NCBI GenBank assembly: GCA_020439555.1 | Contig: JAGQSN010000095.1 | Coordinates: 1 to 54,335, forward strand | DNA from: Acidimicrobiales bacterium | GTDB lineage: Bacteria > Actinomycetota > Acidimicrobiia > Acidimicrobiales > Iamiaceae | Direction of reading: 5' to 3' | Length of the DNA stretch: 54,335 nt | Part shown: positions 1 to 9,452 of the stretch, piece by piece | Layout of the letters: each line of letters starts with the position of its first letter | How positions within the stretch are numbered: the first letter of the stretch is position 1 | Notes under the pieces: generated by a model | What the model was told of the DNA's origin: nothing | The model's input: the letters and a program-made list of their open reading frames with translations, nothing else | Databases searched by the model: none | Program-made: the position numbers and the translations under genes

Positions 1-99
1 ATCGACGCGTTCTACATCACCCACCAGGACGGATCGCTCGTCACCGACCCGGAGCTGCGGACCGAACTGGAGCGAGGCCTTCGCCACGCCGTCCGTTGA
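1..99 (+). CDS. glnD: 3' end of probable [protein-PII] uridylyltransferase (C-terminal ACT domain), partial
   Basis: Frame 1 reads IDAFYITHQDGSLVTDPELRTELERGLRHAVR* (stop 97-99). D-x-F-Y-[IV]-T...G followed by a final helix resembles GlnD C-termini; only 32 aa are visible. Confidence 0.6.
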   Translation: MDAFYITHQDGSLVTDPELRTELERGLRHAVR

Positions 100-188
100 C
101 CTCAGTGTGCGGAAGGTTCCGAGCCTCCCCGAGTCGTCGGAGGTCGAACGCCTCGCGGTGCCGTGCGTTCACGTCCATCGCACCGAAG

Positions 189-1151
189 TCAGTCGCCTCG
201 TAGGAAGCGCTCCACCTCTTCGACCAAGGCGTCAGGGTCACCGTCGGCCAGCTCCGTCCCGTCGCCCTCGGGGGGTTCGTCGTCGGACGGCAACTGTCCG
301 AGGGGTTGAACGTCGCCTTCGCCGTCTTCGGGCTCGTCGGAAGGTTCCCCGTCCTGTTCGGCTTCGGCGGCAGCTGCTGCCTCGGCGATGCGAGCGACCC
401 AGGCGGCCGTGTCCTCGTCCGTGTCGGTCAGTTCCTCGATGAGCTCGTCGATCTGGCGCTCATAGGCGGCCGCGGCGATCTGGAGGTCGACGGTCGGTTG
501 GTCGATCCCGAGCACGGTCATCGCCCTTTCGACGAGGGCGAGGGTCGCCTTCGGTGACGGTGCCCCGGACACGTATGACGGAATCGTCGCCCACAGCGAC
601 GCCGACCGGATACCAGCCGCGGCGCAGGTCGCCTGGAGGACTCCGACGATCCCGGTCGGACCCTCGTAGTTCGAGGGTCCGAAGGCGAACCGTTCGGCGA
701 GGTCGGCGTCGTCGGAGCTTCCGTGCACGGGGGTCGGCCGACTGTGCGGAACGTCGGACAGCAGCCCGCCGAGGGTGAGTACCAGCGAGCAGTCGAGAGC
801 ATCCGCGGCCTCCAGGACCGCAGCGCAGTACGTGCGCCATCGCAGATGGGGCTCCTGGCCGACGAGTACGACGAGGTCGGTCGCACCGGCCGTTCCCGCA
901 GCCCAGATCTCCGTATCGGGCCAGGCGATGGTGCGTTTGCCCTCGTCGTCGAGGCCGACCATCGGACGCGTCGAGGTGAAGTCGAAGAACTCTTCGGCGT
1001 CGATCCGGGCGACCTGTTCGGCGCCGTATCGGTCGGCGAGCCAGCGGGCCGCACCGGATGCAGCGTCACCCGCGTCGTTCCAGCCCTCGAACGCGGCGAC
1101 GAGGGTCGGTTGGCGCAGCTTCGGACGGTGGTACCAGCGCAGCGGAGTCAC
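189..1151 (-). CDS. PAC2 family (proteasome assembly chaperone/ParJ-like) protein
   Basis: AFEGWNDAGDAAS, FFDFTSTRP, EPHLRW, DVPHSRP, YEGPTGIVG and PSPKATLAL motifs; acidic tail. Confidence 0.9.
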   Translation of the reverse strand: MTPLRWYHRPKLRQPTLVAAFEGWNDAGDAASGAARWLADRYGAEQVARIDAEEFFDFTSTRPMVGLDDEGKRTIAWPDTEIWAAGTAGATDLVVLVGQEPHLRWRTYCAAVLEAADALDCSLVLTLGGLLSDVPHSRPTPVHGSSDDADLAERFAFGPSNYEGPTGIVGVLQATCAAAGIRSASLWATIPSYVSGAPSPKATLALVERAMTVLGIDQPTVDLQIAAAAYERQIDELIEELTDTDEDTAAWVARIAEAAAAAEAEQDGEPSDEPEDGEGDVQPLGQLPSDDEPPEGDGTELADGDPDALVEEVERFLRGD

Positions 1152-1299
1152 ACCTCCACGCTACCGATCGTCGCAACCCCCGGCCCTGCGCCTTCTGTGT
1201 CGACGCCGGCCCGTTCGACTCCTGCCTCTGTCCGACCAGCAGTTCGCGTTCACCGGCTCTCCAGCGGGTCGGCGGGTGGCCGCGCGTACTGTGCTGGCC

Positions 1300-1734
1300 G
1301 TGAGCGTCACCGTTTCGATCGAGACCGCAGTCGACGACGATCTCGTCGCCGCTTTCGCGCGCCTGATCCCGCAGTTGTCCAAGTCGTCACCTCCGCCGAG
1401 TCGCGAGGTGTTGGAGGAGATCGTCGCGTCGGACGCGACCCACCTTCTCGTCGCACGGGACGAAGCCGGCCGGGTGCTCGGTTCTTTGACGCTCGTTCTC
1501 TTCCGTATCCCGACCGGGCTTCGGGCATGGATAGAGGACGTGGTGGTGGACGGTGAGGCCCGCGGTCAAGGTGTCGGCGAGGCGCTCAACCGATATGCGA
1601 TCGACGTCGCAGCCGAACGCGGTGCCCGCTCGGTCGACCTGACGAGCCGTCCCAGTCGGGAGGCGGCCAACCGTCTCTACCGTCGCCTCGGCTTCGAACC
1701 GCGCGAGACGAACGTCTACCGCTACCAAGGCTGA
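1300..1734 (+). CDS. GNAT family N-acetyltransferase
   Basis: IEDVVVD..ARGQGVG (motif A), DLTSRPSREAANRLYRRLGF. Start moved to GTG 1300 within the 775-1734 ORF. Confidence 0.9.
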   Translation: MSVTVSIETAVDDDLVAAFARLIPQLSKSSPPPSREVLEEIVASDATHLLVARDEAGRVLGSLTLVLFRIPTGLRAWIEDVVVDGEARGQGVGEALNRYAIDVAAERGARSVDLTSRPSREAANRLYRRLGFEPRETNVYRYQG

Positions 1735-1754
1735 AAGCAGACGCCGGTTCCGCT

Positions 1755-1890
1755 CCTTGAGCGAGCGCAGCGAGTCGAAAGGCGGGCGGGTGGTTTCGAC
1801 TCCGTTTCGCCCGACCGTCGGGGGCCGTGGTGGTGGACCCTGGCTGTCGTTCGTCGAGCGGAGTGGAGCGTCAGCGGAACGGAGTCGAAG
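1755..1890. repeat. REP-like palindromic intergenic element / possible terminator hairpin
   Basis: GAGTCGAAA (1772-1780) pairs with TTTCGACTC (1794-1802). TTCGACTCCGTT (1795-1806) pairs with AACGGAGTCGAA (1878-1889). The unit TTGAGCGAGCGCAGCGAGTCGAAA resembles actinobacterial REP-type repeats. Confidence 0.55.
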
Positions 1891-2053
1891 CGTGGGGGAC
1901 GGGCGACGCACGAATCGTGAACATCAGGGTCGCATTGGTCACGATGAGTGACACTTCTTGGGCCTTTCGGCCCATTGTTGCGTACGTCTGTGCTGCAGGG
2001 ATGGCGGTGGCGTTTGACAGGCGGATACGCTTCCCAGCGGGGGAGGGTGACTG

Positions 2054-3238
2054 ATGGTGGATTTCGAGTTGACGTCACGGGTGTCTACCGCCGACGTCGG
2101 GGCCGATGGTCCGATCGCATTCGCCATCCCCGAAGTGAGCGACGACGACGTCGCGGCTGTGGTCTCGGTCCTCCGCAGCGGATGGATCACCACGGGCGAC
2201 GAGTGCGGAAAGCTCGAGTCCGACCTCGCCGGCTACCTCGGCGCTCGTCATGTCGTGGCCGTGTCGAGTTGCACGGCGGCCCTGGAGATTTCACTCGCCT
2301 ACCTTCACCTCCCACCTGGGGCTCGTGTGGGCGTGCCTGCTTGGACGTTCGTGTCGACCGCGCTCGCCGCCGTCCACAACAATCTGCTTCCGGTTCTGCT
2401 CGACGTGGACCCCCTCACCCTCAACCTCTCGCCCGATGCGTTGGAGGCTGCGCTCGGAGAAGGTCTGGACGCCGTGATCGCGGTTCACTTCGGCGGCGTG
2501 GCCGTGGACCCCCGGATCCACCAACTGTGCGCAGCAGCAGGGGTGCCCCTGATCGAGGACGCCGCTCACGCGTTCGGCACGAAGGACGAGCGGGGTTTCG
2601 TCGGCGGCCCGGGTACTGCTTCTGCCTGCTTCAGCTTCTACGCCACGAAGAACCTCACGTCCGGCGAAGGCGGCGCCATCGCCACCGACGACGAGGACCT
2701 TGCGACCTTCGCCCGCACGTACCGGCTTCACGGCATGAGCGCCGACGCACTCGCCCGTTACAAGCCCGGCGGATCGGTCACCTACGACATGGTCGACCCG
2801 GGGATCAAGGCGAACATGCCCGACCTGCTCGCCGCACTCGCCCGCTCTCAACTCGCCCGGTTCGAACAGTCCCAGGCGCGGCGCCGTGCGCTGCTGAACC
2901 GCTATAGGGACCTTCTGGAACCGGAGGGGATCCGTTTCGTCCCGTCGGGTCGGGTCGACGGCAGCGCGGATCATCTGGCAGTGGTCCTCCTGCCGGAGGG
3001 CACGGACCGTGACCTGGTGGTCGCCGGTCTGAAGGGCCGGGGGATCAGCCCGAGCATCCACTTCCGGCCGCTGCACCACTTCTCCTGGTTCGCCGTCAAT
3101 GCGGCCACCGGACCCGGTGGTCTTGCGACGTGTGAGGCGGTGTGGCCGCGGGCTCTCAGCCTGCCGCTGCACGTCGGACTCTCGGTTGCGGATGTGGATC
3201 GTGTGGCGGCTGCTCTGCTCGACGAGGTTGCGCTGTGA
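2054..3238 (+). CDS. DegT/DnrJ/EryC1/StrS PLP-dependent sugar aminotransferase
   Basis: SGWITTG, SSCTAAL, IEDAAHAFG and FSFYATKNLTSGEGG (PLP lysine) motifs. Confidence 0.95.
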   Translation: MVDFELTSRVSTADVGADGPIAFAIPEVSDDDVAAVVSVLRSGWITTGDECGKLESDLAGYLGARHVVAVSSCTAALEISLAYLHLPPGARVGVPAWTFVSTALAAVHNNLLPVLLDVDPLTLNLSPDALEAALGEGLDAVIAVHFGGVAVDPRIHQLCAAAGVPLIEDAAHAFGTKDERGFVGGPGTASACFSFYATKNLTSGEGGAIATDDEDLATFARTYRLHGMSADALARYKPGGSVTYDMVDPGIKANMPDLLAALARSQLARFEQSQARRRALLNRYRDLLEPEGIRFVPSGRVDGSADHLAVVLLPEGTDRDLVVAGLKGRGISPSIHFRPLHHFSWFAVNAATGPGGLATCEAVWPRALSLPLHVGLSVADVDRVAAALLDEVAL

Positions 3239-3960
3239 ACTGGTGGCTGCGGGTCCGTTCTGTGCTGGACCGGGTCGTGGCCGCGGTGCTCCTGGTCCCG
3301 TTGGCGCCGGTGATGGCGGTGTTGTCGTACCGGATCCGTCGATACGACGGCGGCCCGGGCATGATCACCGTCCCGCGTGTGGGCCGAGACGGTCGCGAGT
3401 TCGGGATGTGGAAGCTGCGCTCCATGCGAGTCGAGGACCCGAGCGGAATGGCCGGCGGCGTTCGCCTGACCGGCGAGGACGACGACCGCATCACGCCCAT
3501 CGGAGTGCGGTTGCGTGCCTACTACCTCGACGAGATGCCGCAGTTGGTGAACGTGGTTCGCGGTGAGATGGCGCTGCTCGGTCCCCGGCCGGAGGCGCCC
3601 GAGTTCGTCGACGACAGTGAAGGGTGGCGTGAGGTCCTCTCGATGCGTCCGGGTATTGCCGGCCCTACCCAACTCGTCGTCAACAACTGGGAGCGCGAGG
3701 TCATAACGGCCGATCCGACGGGTGAGACCTACACCGAAGAGGTCGTGCCGGTGAAGCTCGCGATCGACGGCTGGTACGTGCGGCGCAGTTCGCCGAAGCT
3801 CGACGCCTTGGTGGCGATCACCTTGCTGCGGCGGTTCATGCCCGGTACCGGCTCCTACACCTTGAAGAAGGTGGTCCGCCGCGAGGTTCCGGCGACCGTG
3901 GCGGTCGAGGAGTTGAGAACCTTTGCACCCGCTGTGCTCGGGGCTGAAAGTGCGGCGTGA
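3235..3960 (+). CDS. Bacterial sugar transferase (small PglC/WcaJ-type phosphoglycosyl transferase)
   Basis: RVGRDGREF..WKLRSM, DDRITPIG..LR, LDEMPQLVNV.RGEM.L.GPRPE and RPGIAG motifs. GTG start overlaps the upstream stop (GTGA). Confidence 0.93.
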   Translation: MNWWLRVRSVLDRVVAAVLLVPLAPVMAVLSYRIRRYDGGPGMITVPRVGRDGREFGMWKLRSMRVEDPSGMAGGVRLTGEDDDRITPIGVRLRAYYLDEMPQLVNVVRGEMALLGPRPEAPEFVDDSEGWREVLSMRPGIAGPTQLVVNNWEREVITADPTGETYTEEVVPVKLAIDGWYVRRSSPKLDALVAITLLRRFMPGTGSYTLKKVVRREVPATVAVEELRTFAPAVLGAESAA

Positions 3961-4055
3961 CCGGCCCTCGAATCCATCCTCTGAACGGCGGCTGATAGCG
4001 TTGAGCGCCGCCTTGTGAGTCGACGGGGCGGTTTCCGGTCCGCTGAAGTCAGGTT

Positions 4056-5876
4056 GTGGTAGTGCGCGTAGAAGGTGGGGCTCCGGCTGCGGCAAGCGTG
4101 GCTGATCCGCGCGCTCGTGCCAAGCAGTACTTCGGGGCAGTTCGTCGACGCTGGTATCTACCGGCGGCGCTGGCGGTGCTGGGTGTCGTCGCTGGATGGC
4201 TGTCGGTGCCGGGTGCGGCGAAGGTGACGACTCCCGGTGGTCAGCCGGTAGGGCCGACCTACTACCGGGCGACCCACATCCTGATCCTCGACCAGATGGA
4301 GTCTCCGGACGATTCGTCGTCCGGTCAGTCGGTGAACCTGTCCCAGGCTGCATACCTGGTCAACACGGGAGAGGTCCCGAAGCGGGTTGCGAAGAAGCTT
4401 GGAATCCCGGTAGCAGACGTCCAGTCGTCCCTCTTGGGGTTGCCTCGTACACAGGTGAACTCGGTGGAGGTGCAGGCCGTCGGTACCGACCAGGCCGAAA
4501 CCGTGAAGCTGGCCGACTCCGCCGCTGCCGAGCTGTTGGTCGTTCTCGCAGATCAGGCTCGCCACGATGCAGACACCGCCCGGGACCGGGTCATCACCAG
4601 GCTCGACGAACTGAATGCGAAGATCAGCGCGCTGAACGACCAGATCGCCGCCGATCCGCCGGACCGTCTGCAACTCGAAGCCCAGCAAAGGTCGCTCACG
4701 AACCAGTACAGCCTCGTCTACGAGCAGTTCTCGCAGATGGCGAACCGGCCGGAGGCCACCGCAGGTCTGACGAGTCTCGAGGGCGCGAAGGCGATCCAGA
4801 TCTCGAAGTCCGAGTACCAGGACACCCTGGACACGATTCGGAACGGGGCTGGGTACGTCACCGGCGAGCAGTCGCCAGTGGCCCAGGTCGAGAGCGCGCC
4901 TCGGCCGGTGGAGGAGCCCGCTGCGAGTCGTTCCTCTCGGGCGCTGACGGGTGGCGTGCTCGGCCTGTTCCTCGGCATCGCCCTCGCCCTGGTTCTGGAC
5001 AGGTTCGACAACCGCCTTCGTCGTCGTGCCGACATCGAGTCCGTTTCGGGGATGAACGTGATCGCGGAGATCCCCCCGTTGTCACGGCGTGAGCAACAGA
5101 GCCTGGAGGTGGTGGCCCACACGCAGCATCGGTCGCGTGCGGCCGAGGCATACCGCGTCGTGCGTGGGGCGATCGTGTTCGCCGAGACCGGCGGATCCGA
5201 ACCGGTGCAGCGGAACGAGGCGCTCGTCCTCATGGTTACGAGCGGTAACCCGGCTGAAGGCAAGACGACGGTCACCGCGAACCTGGCGGCCGTTCTCGCC
5301 GAGGGCGGACTGGATGTCCTCGTGGTCAACTGCGACTTCCGACGCCCGAGGGTCCACAAGTTCCTTCACCCCACCGATGACCGAGAGCCGCTCCTCGTGG
5401 CGGGCCCCGGTGGGACCGTGACGCTGACCGATACTCAGATCGACCGTGTCCGGCTCGTGACAGGAGTCGGCGAGGATGACCCGAACGCGAACCCGCTCGA
5501 CGTCGTCGCGATGCAGCGAAAGATCGTGGAGACGGCGAAGAAGCGATACGACGTCATCCTGCTCGACACGGCACCATTCCTCACCACCAACGATGCGAGC
5601 GAGTTGCTCCCGGTCACGGACCACGTGCTGTTCGTCGTGCGCTCCGGAAAGACCAGAGCCGATGCACTCGCGTACTGCTCGGAGGTGCTGGAACGGCTGG
5701 GAGCCCCGGTCCTCGGCGTCGTGGCGAACGATTCGAGGGACCAACAGGCGGCGCAGTACTACTACTACGGCTACACCAACGACGACCGGAAGCGTGGCGA
5801 CCAGGATGACAGTTCGGGGTCGCCGGCCGACGTGCGTCCGCTCACTCGGATCCGTTCGGCGGCCTCGGGTCGCTAG
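4056..5876 (+). CDS. Wzz/Wzc-like chain-length determinant fused to BY tyrosine kinase (CpsD/CapB)
   Basis: Two TM segments around a coiled coil; AEAYR, Walker A SGNPAEGKTT, DFRRP, Walker B ILLDTAP, and a C-terminal Tyr cluster QYYYYGY. Start uncertain (4056 or 4098). Confidence 0.9.
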   Translation: MVVRVEGGAPAAASVADPRARAKQYFGAVRRRWYLPAALAVLGVVAGWLSVPGAAKVTTPGGQPVGPTYYRATHILILDQMESPDDSSSGQSVNLSQAAYLVNTGEVPKRVAKKLGIPVADVQSSLLGLPRTQVNSVEVQAVGTDQAETVKLADSAAAELLVVLADQARHDADTARDRVITRLDELNAKISALNDQIAADPPDRLQLEAQQRSLTNQYSLVYEQFSQMANRPEATAGLTSLEGAKAIQISKSEYQDTLDTIRNGAGYVTGEQSPVAQVESAPRPVEEPAASRSSRALTGGVLGLFLGIALALVLDRFDNRLRRRADIESVSGMNVIAEIPPLSRREQQSLEVVAHTQHRSRAAEAYRVVRGAIVFAETGGSEPVQRNEALVLMVTSGNPAEGKTTVTANLAAVLAEGGLDVLVVNCDFRRPRVHKFLHPTDDREPLLVAGPGGTVTLTDTQIDRVRLVTGVGEDDPNANPLDVVAMQRKIVETAKKRYDVILLDTAPFLTTNDASELLPVTDHVLFVVRSGKTRADALAYCSEVLERLGAPVLGVVANDSRDQQAAQYYYYGYTNDDRKRGDQDDSSGSPADVRPLTRIRSAASGR

Positions 5877-5918
5877 GGCGAAGCGAGACGTGGCGATCAC
5901 GTCGACGCTCGTATCGCG

Positions 5919-6740
5919 GTGACCGGCGTGGAAAACGTTCCGTCCGGATCGCCGGGGATCGTGGTGGAAGCCGTCGTCGCACCGTTTCGGCAACGACCCA
6001 AGGCGCGACACCGATCCATAAAGGTCACGCCGTCATCGGTTGCCACCGACCGTGAGGACTTTCCGATCTACATCGGAGATCACGTGGACCACGGTGCGGG
6101 CGCCTTCGAGGCGATAGCGGCTGGACTCGGTCTCCCGCAGTTCGCCCGAGGCGAGCTGTACGCAATGGTCGAGCGGGCCGACTCACTGATCGTCGGATAC
6201 GAGGTACGCCCGGATGGTTCGGAGCGTCGCAAGCTCTATCTGGAGTTTCGTGAGGGCATTCGCGATGAACGTGGCGGGAACGTTCTCGTCCATGAGGCCC
6301 GCAAGTGGGAAGTGGCGCGTCCGTCCTCCGTGTCGACCGCCCGCTACTTCGGCCTCCGAGCTTCCGACCTGGGTTCTGCGTCGCGTCTCGGATGCGTCCT
6401 GTCGGCGGCCGCCTCACCCCTCGTGGATGGCTTCGGAAGACTGCTGGATCGGCTGTGGGCTGGTCATGACGACCATTCGTTCTGGCCCGTACTTTTCGTG
6501 CAGGAGTCGGAAGGAGAGCGAAGTTCTGTCGACGTCGACGCCGTGGGCTCCGGCCTCGACGTCGCAGCGGCCTTCGAGTTGGCCGCCCGTGCGATCGGCA
6601 TCTGGCCAACGGCAGGTGATGCGACGGATGCGGTGGCGGCGGTCGGGAACCACCGGCTCGACCGGATCGGTTTCGGTGTGGACCGAACCGGCGAGCATTT
6701 CGTCACCTTCTTCCACCGAGCGCCGCTCGAGGAAGGGTGA
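5919..6740 (+). CDS. Hypothetical protein (possible ABBA-barrel-like fold)
   Basis: 273-aa ORF in operon position between wzc and the JmjC genes. Strand-like motifs IVGYE, RKLYLEF, HEARKW, RSSVDV, IGFGVDR and FVTFFH. Confidence 0.7.
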   Translation: MTGVENVPSGSPGIVVEAVVAPFRQRPKARHRSIKVTPSSVATDREDFPIYIGDHVDHGAGAFEAIAAGLGLPQFARGELYAMVERADSLIVGYEVRPDGSERRKLYLEFREGIRDERGGNVLVHEARKWEVARPSSVSTARYFGLRASDLGSASRLGCVLSAAASPLVDGFGRLLDRLWAGHDDHSFWPVLFVQESEGERSSVDVDAVGSGLDVAAAFELAARAIGIWPTAGDATDAVAAVGNHRLDRIGFGVDRTGEHFVTFFHRAPLEEG

Positions 6741-6749
6741 CCCGTTGCG

Positions 6750-9452
6750 ATGAGGACGACATCTCCGAGCAGCCGGACGCTCGTATGGTCTCGACCGATT
6801 GACGCCACCGACTCGTTTCGACCTCTCCTCCGTTCGGAACCGTCGGAAGCGATGTTGGCGGCGGCCCGAGAACGCAGGCGTGGCGCGTCGACCGCAGCCC
6901 TGAGTCGCTGGCTCGAAGGAATCGACCTCGCGGCGGTCATGCGATCTCACCGCGATCCTGTGCCGGTCAGGGGAAAGCTGACTGCGGCGGGATTCGATGC
7001 ATTCGATGCAGAGGGTGCCGTCAGTTCGTTCCTCGCGTCGCACCATCTCGGTGACCCGACGCTTCCGCCGGGGGATCAGCGCCTCAAGCACGCCCGTGAC
7101 GGTCAGGACCGAAATCTCGCTCCGACGCCGGAGATGACGCTGCCACGGACATCGAAGTACGGGACGCGGCGGTGCAGTCCGGCGGCGGTCGTCGAGGCCT
7201 TGGCGACCGGTACGTCGTTCTCGATCGCGTCGATGGACGAGTCGATCCGTTCGCTGGGTGAGGTGTGCGCAGTGGTCGAGTGCGTCGCAGGCACACGAAC
7301 AGGCGCGCTCGGTTATCTGAGCGGTCCCGGCGCGATCGGCTGGGGACCTCATTTCGACGACCACAACGTGCTGGTCGTGCAGATCGTCGGCTCGAAACGC
7401 TGGTCGCTCCTGGAGCCCGTCGAGTCCCGGATGCAACTGCCCTACTCGCCCTACAGGGTGTCCGCGGATGTCTGGGACTCGGCAACGATGGAGCCGGGCG
7501 ACGCGGTGTTCATTCCACGAGGGTGGGGTCACAGCGTTGTGGGCGGCGAGTCCGGCTCGTTCCACTTGACGTTCCCGTTGAGCGTCGTGACCGCGGGGAG
7601 GGTGCTGGCAACGGTCACGACGTCGCCCAACAAGGCGAGCCTTGTCGGAGATGACATTCCCCCCGGAGCCAGGGCGGAACTGGGTCCGTTCATCGCCTCC
7701 TTGTCATCCAGGTCCGTCGAAGGGGCCGTGAACGTGGTCGCGGCTCATCGGCCGGGCCGCTGCTGGAACTCCTTCTCGGAGCTGTACAGGTTCCGTCGCC
7801 AACTCGTGGAGGGAGGACGGCCGGACGGTGACGTGACGTTCGAGATATCGGCGTCGTGTTCTCCGGTGGCCCTGGACTTCCCGGAAGACGAGTGGTCGAT
7901 CGTGGTCGCGATCGGCGGAACCGTGTTCGGTGTCGCCCGGTCCCTCGTTCCGGCGCTCGCTGCGTTGATGGTCGGTCCCGTCGGCTGGGATGACTTGATG
8001 GGGACGGTCGGAGGGCGGACCGGGATCTCCGATTTGCTCGTGGCGTTGTTGGATGCGGACGTGCTCCAACTGAACCCGGACCGTTCGCTCGGGCGGAGCA
8101 GCGTGGTCGATCACCGGTCCCGGTCGCGCTTCGATCTTCCGGCTGCGGACCGACTGGACGAACCGACCCTGGTCCAGATCGGTCCCGAGCCATGGCCGAC
8201 CCGTACGGTTCGAGGTCTGAACGGATCCGACGAATGGGAGGCGCAACTCATCTCTGCCCTCGAGAACGGTGACCGTGGGGCGAGGGAGACGTTGCGATCG
8301 CACATCGAAGGGTTCGATCTTTTCGAGGAACTCAGCCGGACCAGGTCCCCCCGACTGGCTCGCGGGCGTCTTGGCCGACACGCGCCTGCGTCGCTACGTG
8401 GACCTAGCTCCGTCGACGAGTTCATCGCCGGTCACGATGCGGCGGGCGCAAAGCTGGTTGTTGCGTCCGACTCGAACCCGTTGAACCAACGGGCTCCCGA
8501 CACGGTCCGATCGGTCGCTTACAGCGTATACAGCCCGGAAAAGATCAGCCCTGGTCGGCTGTCTGCTTTGATCGACCGATCGGTCACGGCGATCATCCTC
8601 GGGATCGACGAATCGATCGCCGAGATCGCCGAATGGGTCGGACTGCTGGAGCGTGTCGCGAGACGGCGTTCGGGTGCCAACGCCTACATCAGTTCCGGCG
8701 AAGCTCCGGGTTTCGGTAGCCACTGGGACGACCACGATGTGTTGATCATTCAGTTGTGCGGTACGAAGGGGTGGGAGGTATACGAACCGGTGGAGCGAAG
8801 TCCGATTCGACCGACCTCCCCCGAAGACGTGTCGAGTCGGCTCGTCTGGGCCGGTGACGTCCACACCGGAGATGTCATGTACGTACCTCGGGGCTGGGGC
8901 CACCGAGTGACCGGATCGGACTCGTTGAGCATCCACCTGACTTTCCCGTTGCGGGCGGTGAGCGCAGCGATGATCGCCGAGACGGCTCTTTCGACGGTCC
9001 AAACAGGCGTTGCCGATATTCCTCCCGGCAGTGGCAGGTGGGACGTTCAACTCGACTCCGAGCGGGTCCGGCGCTGCGTGGAAGAGGGACTGGCCTACTG
9101 GCGATTCCGTGCTCCTCCGCGTTGCCATCAAGACCTGTGGGCAGCGTCGTCGTTCGCCGCTCGTGGCGCTGGTGCCTCCACGCCGGCTGAGATCCGTTGG
9201 GCAGCCTGCACCGGACTCGGCGTGGTGAACACGGAAGCTGCACCTGGCAGACGGACCCTCGTGGCAGGTGGTCGGACGATCGACGTCACAGAGGACGCAG
9301 GTGCTGTGCTGGTCACGCTCCTCGACGGTGAATGGCACGCAATCCAGGATCTGACCGTGCACCCCGACCGACGCTCCGTCGATGACCTGTTGCGCCGCCT
9401 CGCTGCGGTGGGACTTGTCGAATTGCGGGCCCCACTGGGGGCTGAAGGTTGA
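6750..9452 (+). CDS. Tandem double JmjC/cupin (ROX/YcfD-like) Fe(II)/2OG hydroxylase
   Basis: Domain 1: GWGPHFDDHNVLVVQIVGSKRW...PGDAVFIPRGWGHSV. Domain 2: GFGSHWDDHDVLIIQLCGTKGW...GDVMYVPRGWGHRV. Each is followed by a winged-helix-like segment. Confidence 0.9.
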   Translation: MRTTSPSSRTLVWSRPIDATDSFRPLLRSEPSEAMLAAARERRRGASTAALSRWLEGIDLAAVMRSHRDPVPVRGKLTAAGFDAFDAEGAVSSFLASHHLGDPTLPPGDQRLKHARDGQDRNLAPTPEMTLPRTSKYGTRRCSPAAVVEALATGTSFSIASMDESIRSLGEVCAVVECVAGTRTGALGYLSGPGAIGWGPHFDDHNVLVVQIVGSKRWSLLEPVESRMQLPYSPYRVSADVWDSATMEPGDAVFIPRGWGHSVVGGESGSFHLTFPLSVVTAGRVLATVTTSPNKASLVGDDIPPGARAELGPFIASLSSRSVEGAVNVVAAHRPGRCWNSFSELYRFRRQLVEGGRPDGDVTFEISASCSPVALDFPEDEWSIVVAIGGTVFGVARSLVPALAALMVGPVGWDDLMGTVGGRTGISDLLVALLDADVLQLNPDRSLGRSSVVDHRSRSRFDLPAADRLDEPTLVQIGPEPWPTRTVRGLNGSDEWEAQLISALENGDRGARETLRSHIEGFDLFEELSRTRSPRLARGRLGRHAPASLRGPSSVDEFIAGHDAAGAKLVVASDSNPLNQRAPDTVRSVAYSVYSPEKISPGRLSALIDRSVTAIILGIDESIAEIAEWVGLLERVARRRSGANAYISSGEAPGFGSHWDDHDVLIIQLCGTKGWEVYEPVERSPIRPTSPEDVSSRLVWAGDVHTGDVMYVPRGWGHRVTGSDSLSIHLTFPLRAVSAAMIAETALSTVQTGVADIPPGSGRWDVQLDSERVRRCVEEGLAYWRFRAPPRCHQDLWAASSFAARGAGASTPAEIRWAACTGLGVVNTEAAPGRRTLVAGGRTIDVTEDAGAVLVTLLDGEWHAIQDLTVHPDRRSVDDLLRRLAAVGLVELRAPLGAEG

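Noticed and set aside
41-241. 66-aa minus-strand ORF between glnD and PAC2
   Set aside because: It overlaps both neighbours and has no recognisable features.
2014-2045. TTGACA as a sigma-70 -35 box upstream of the aminotransferase
   Set aside because: No credible -10 element at 16-18 bp spacing.
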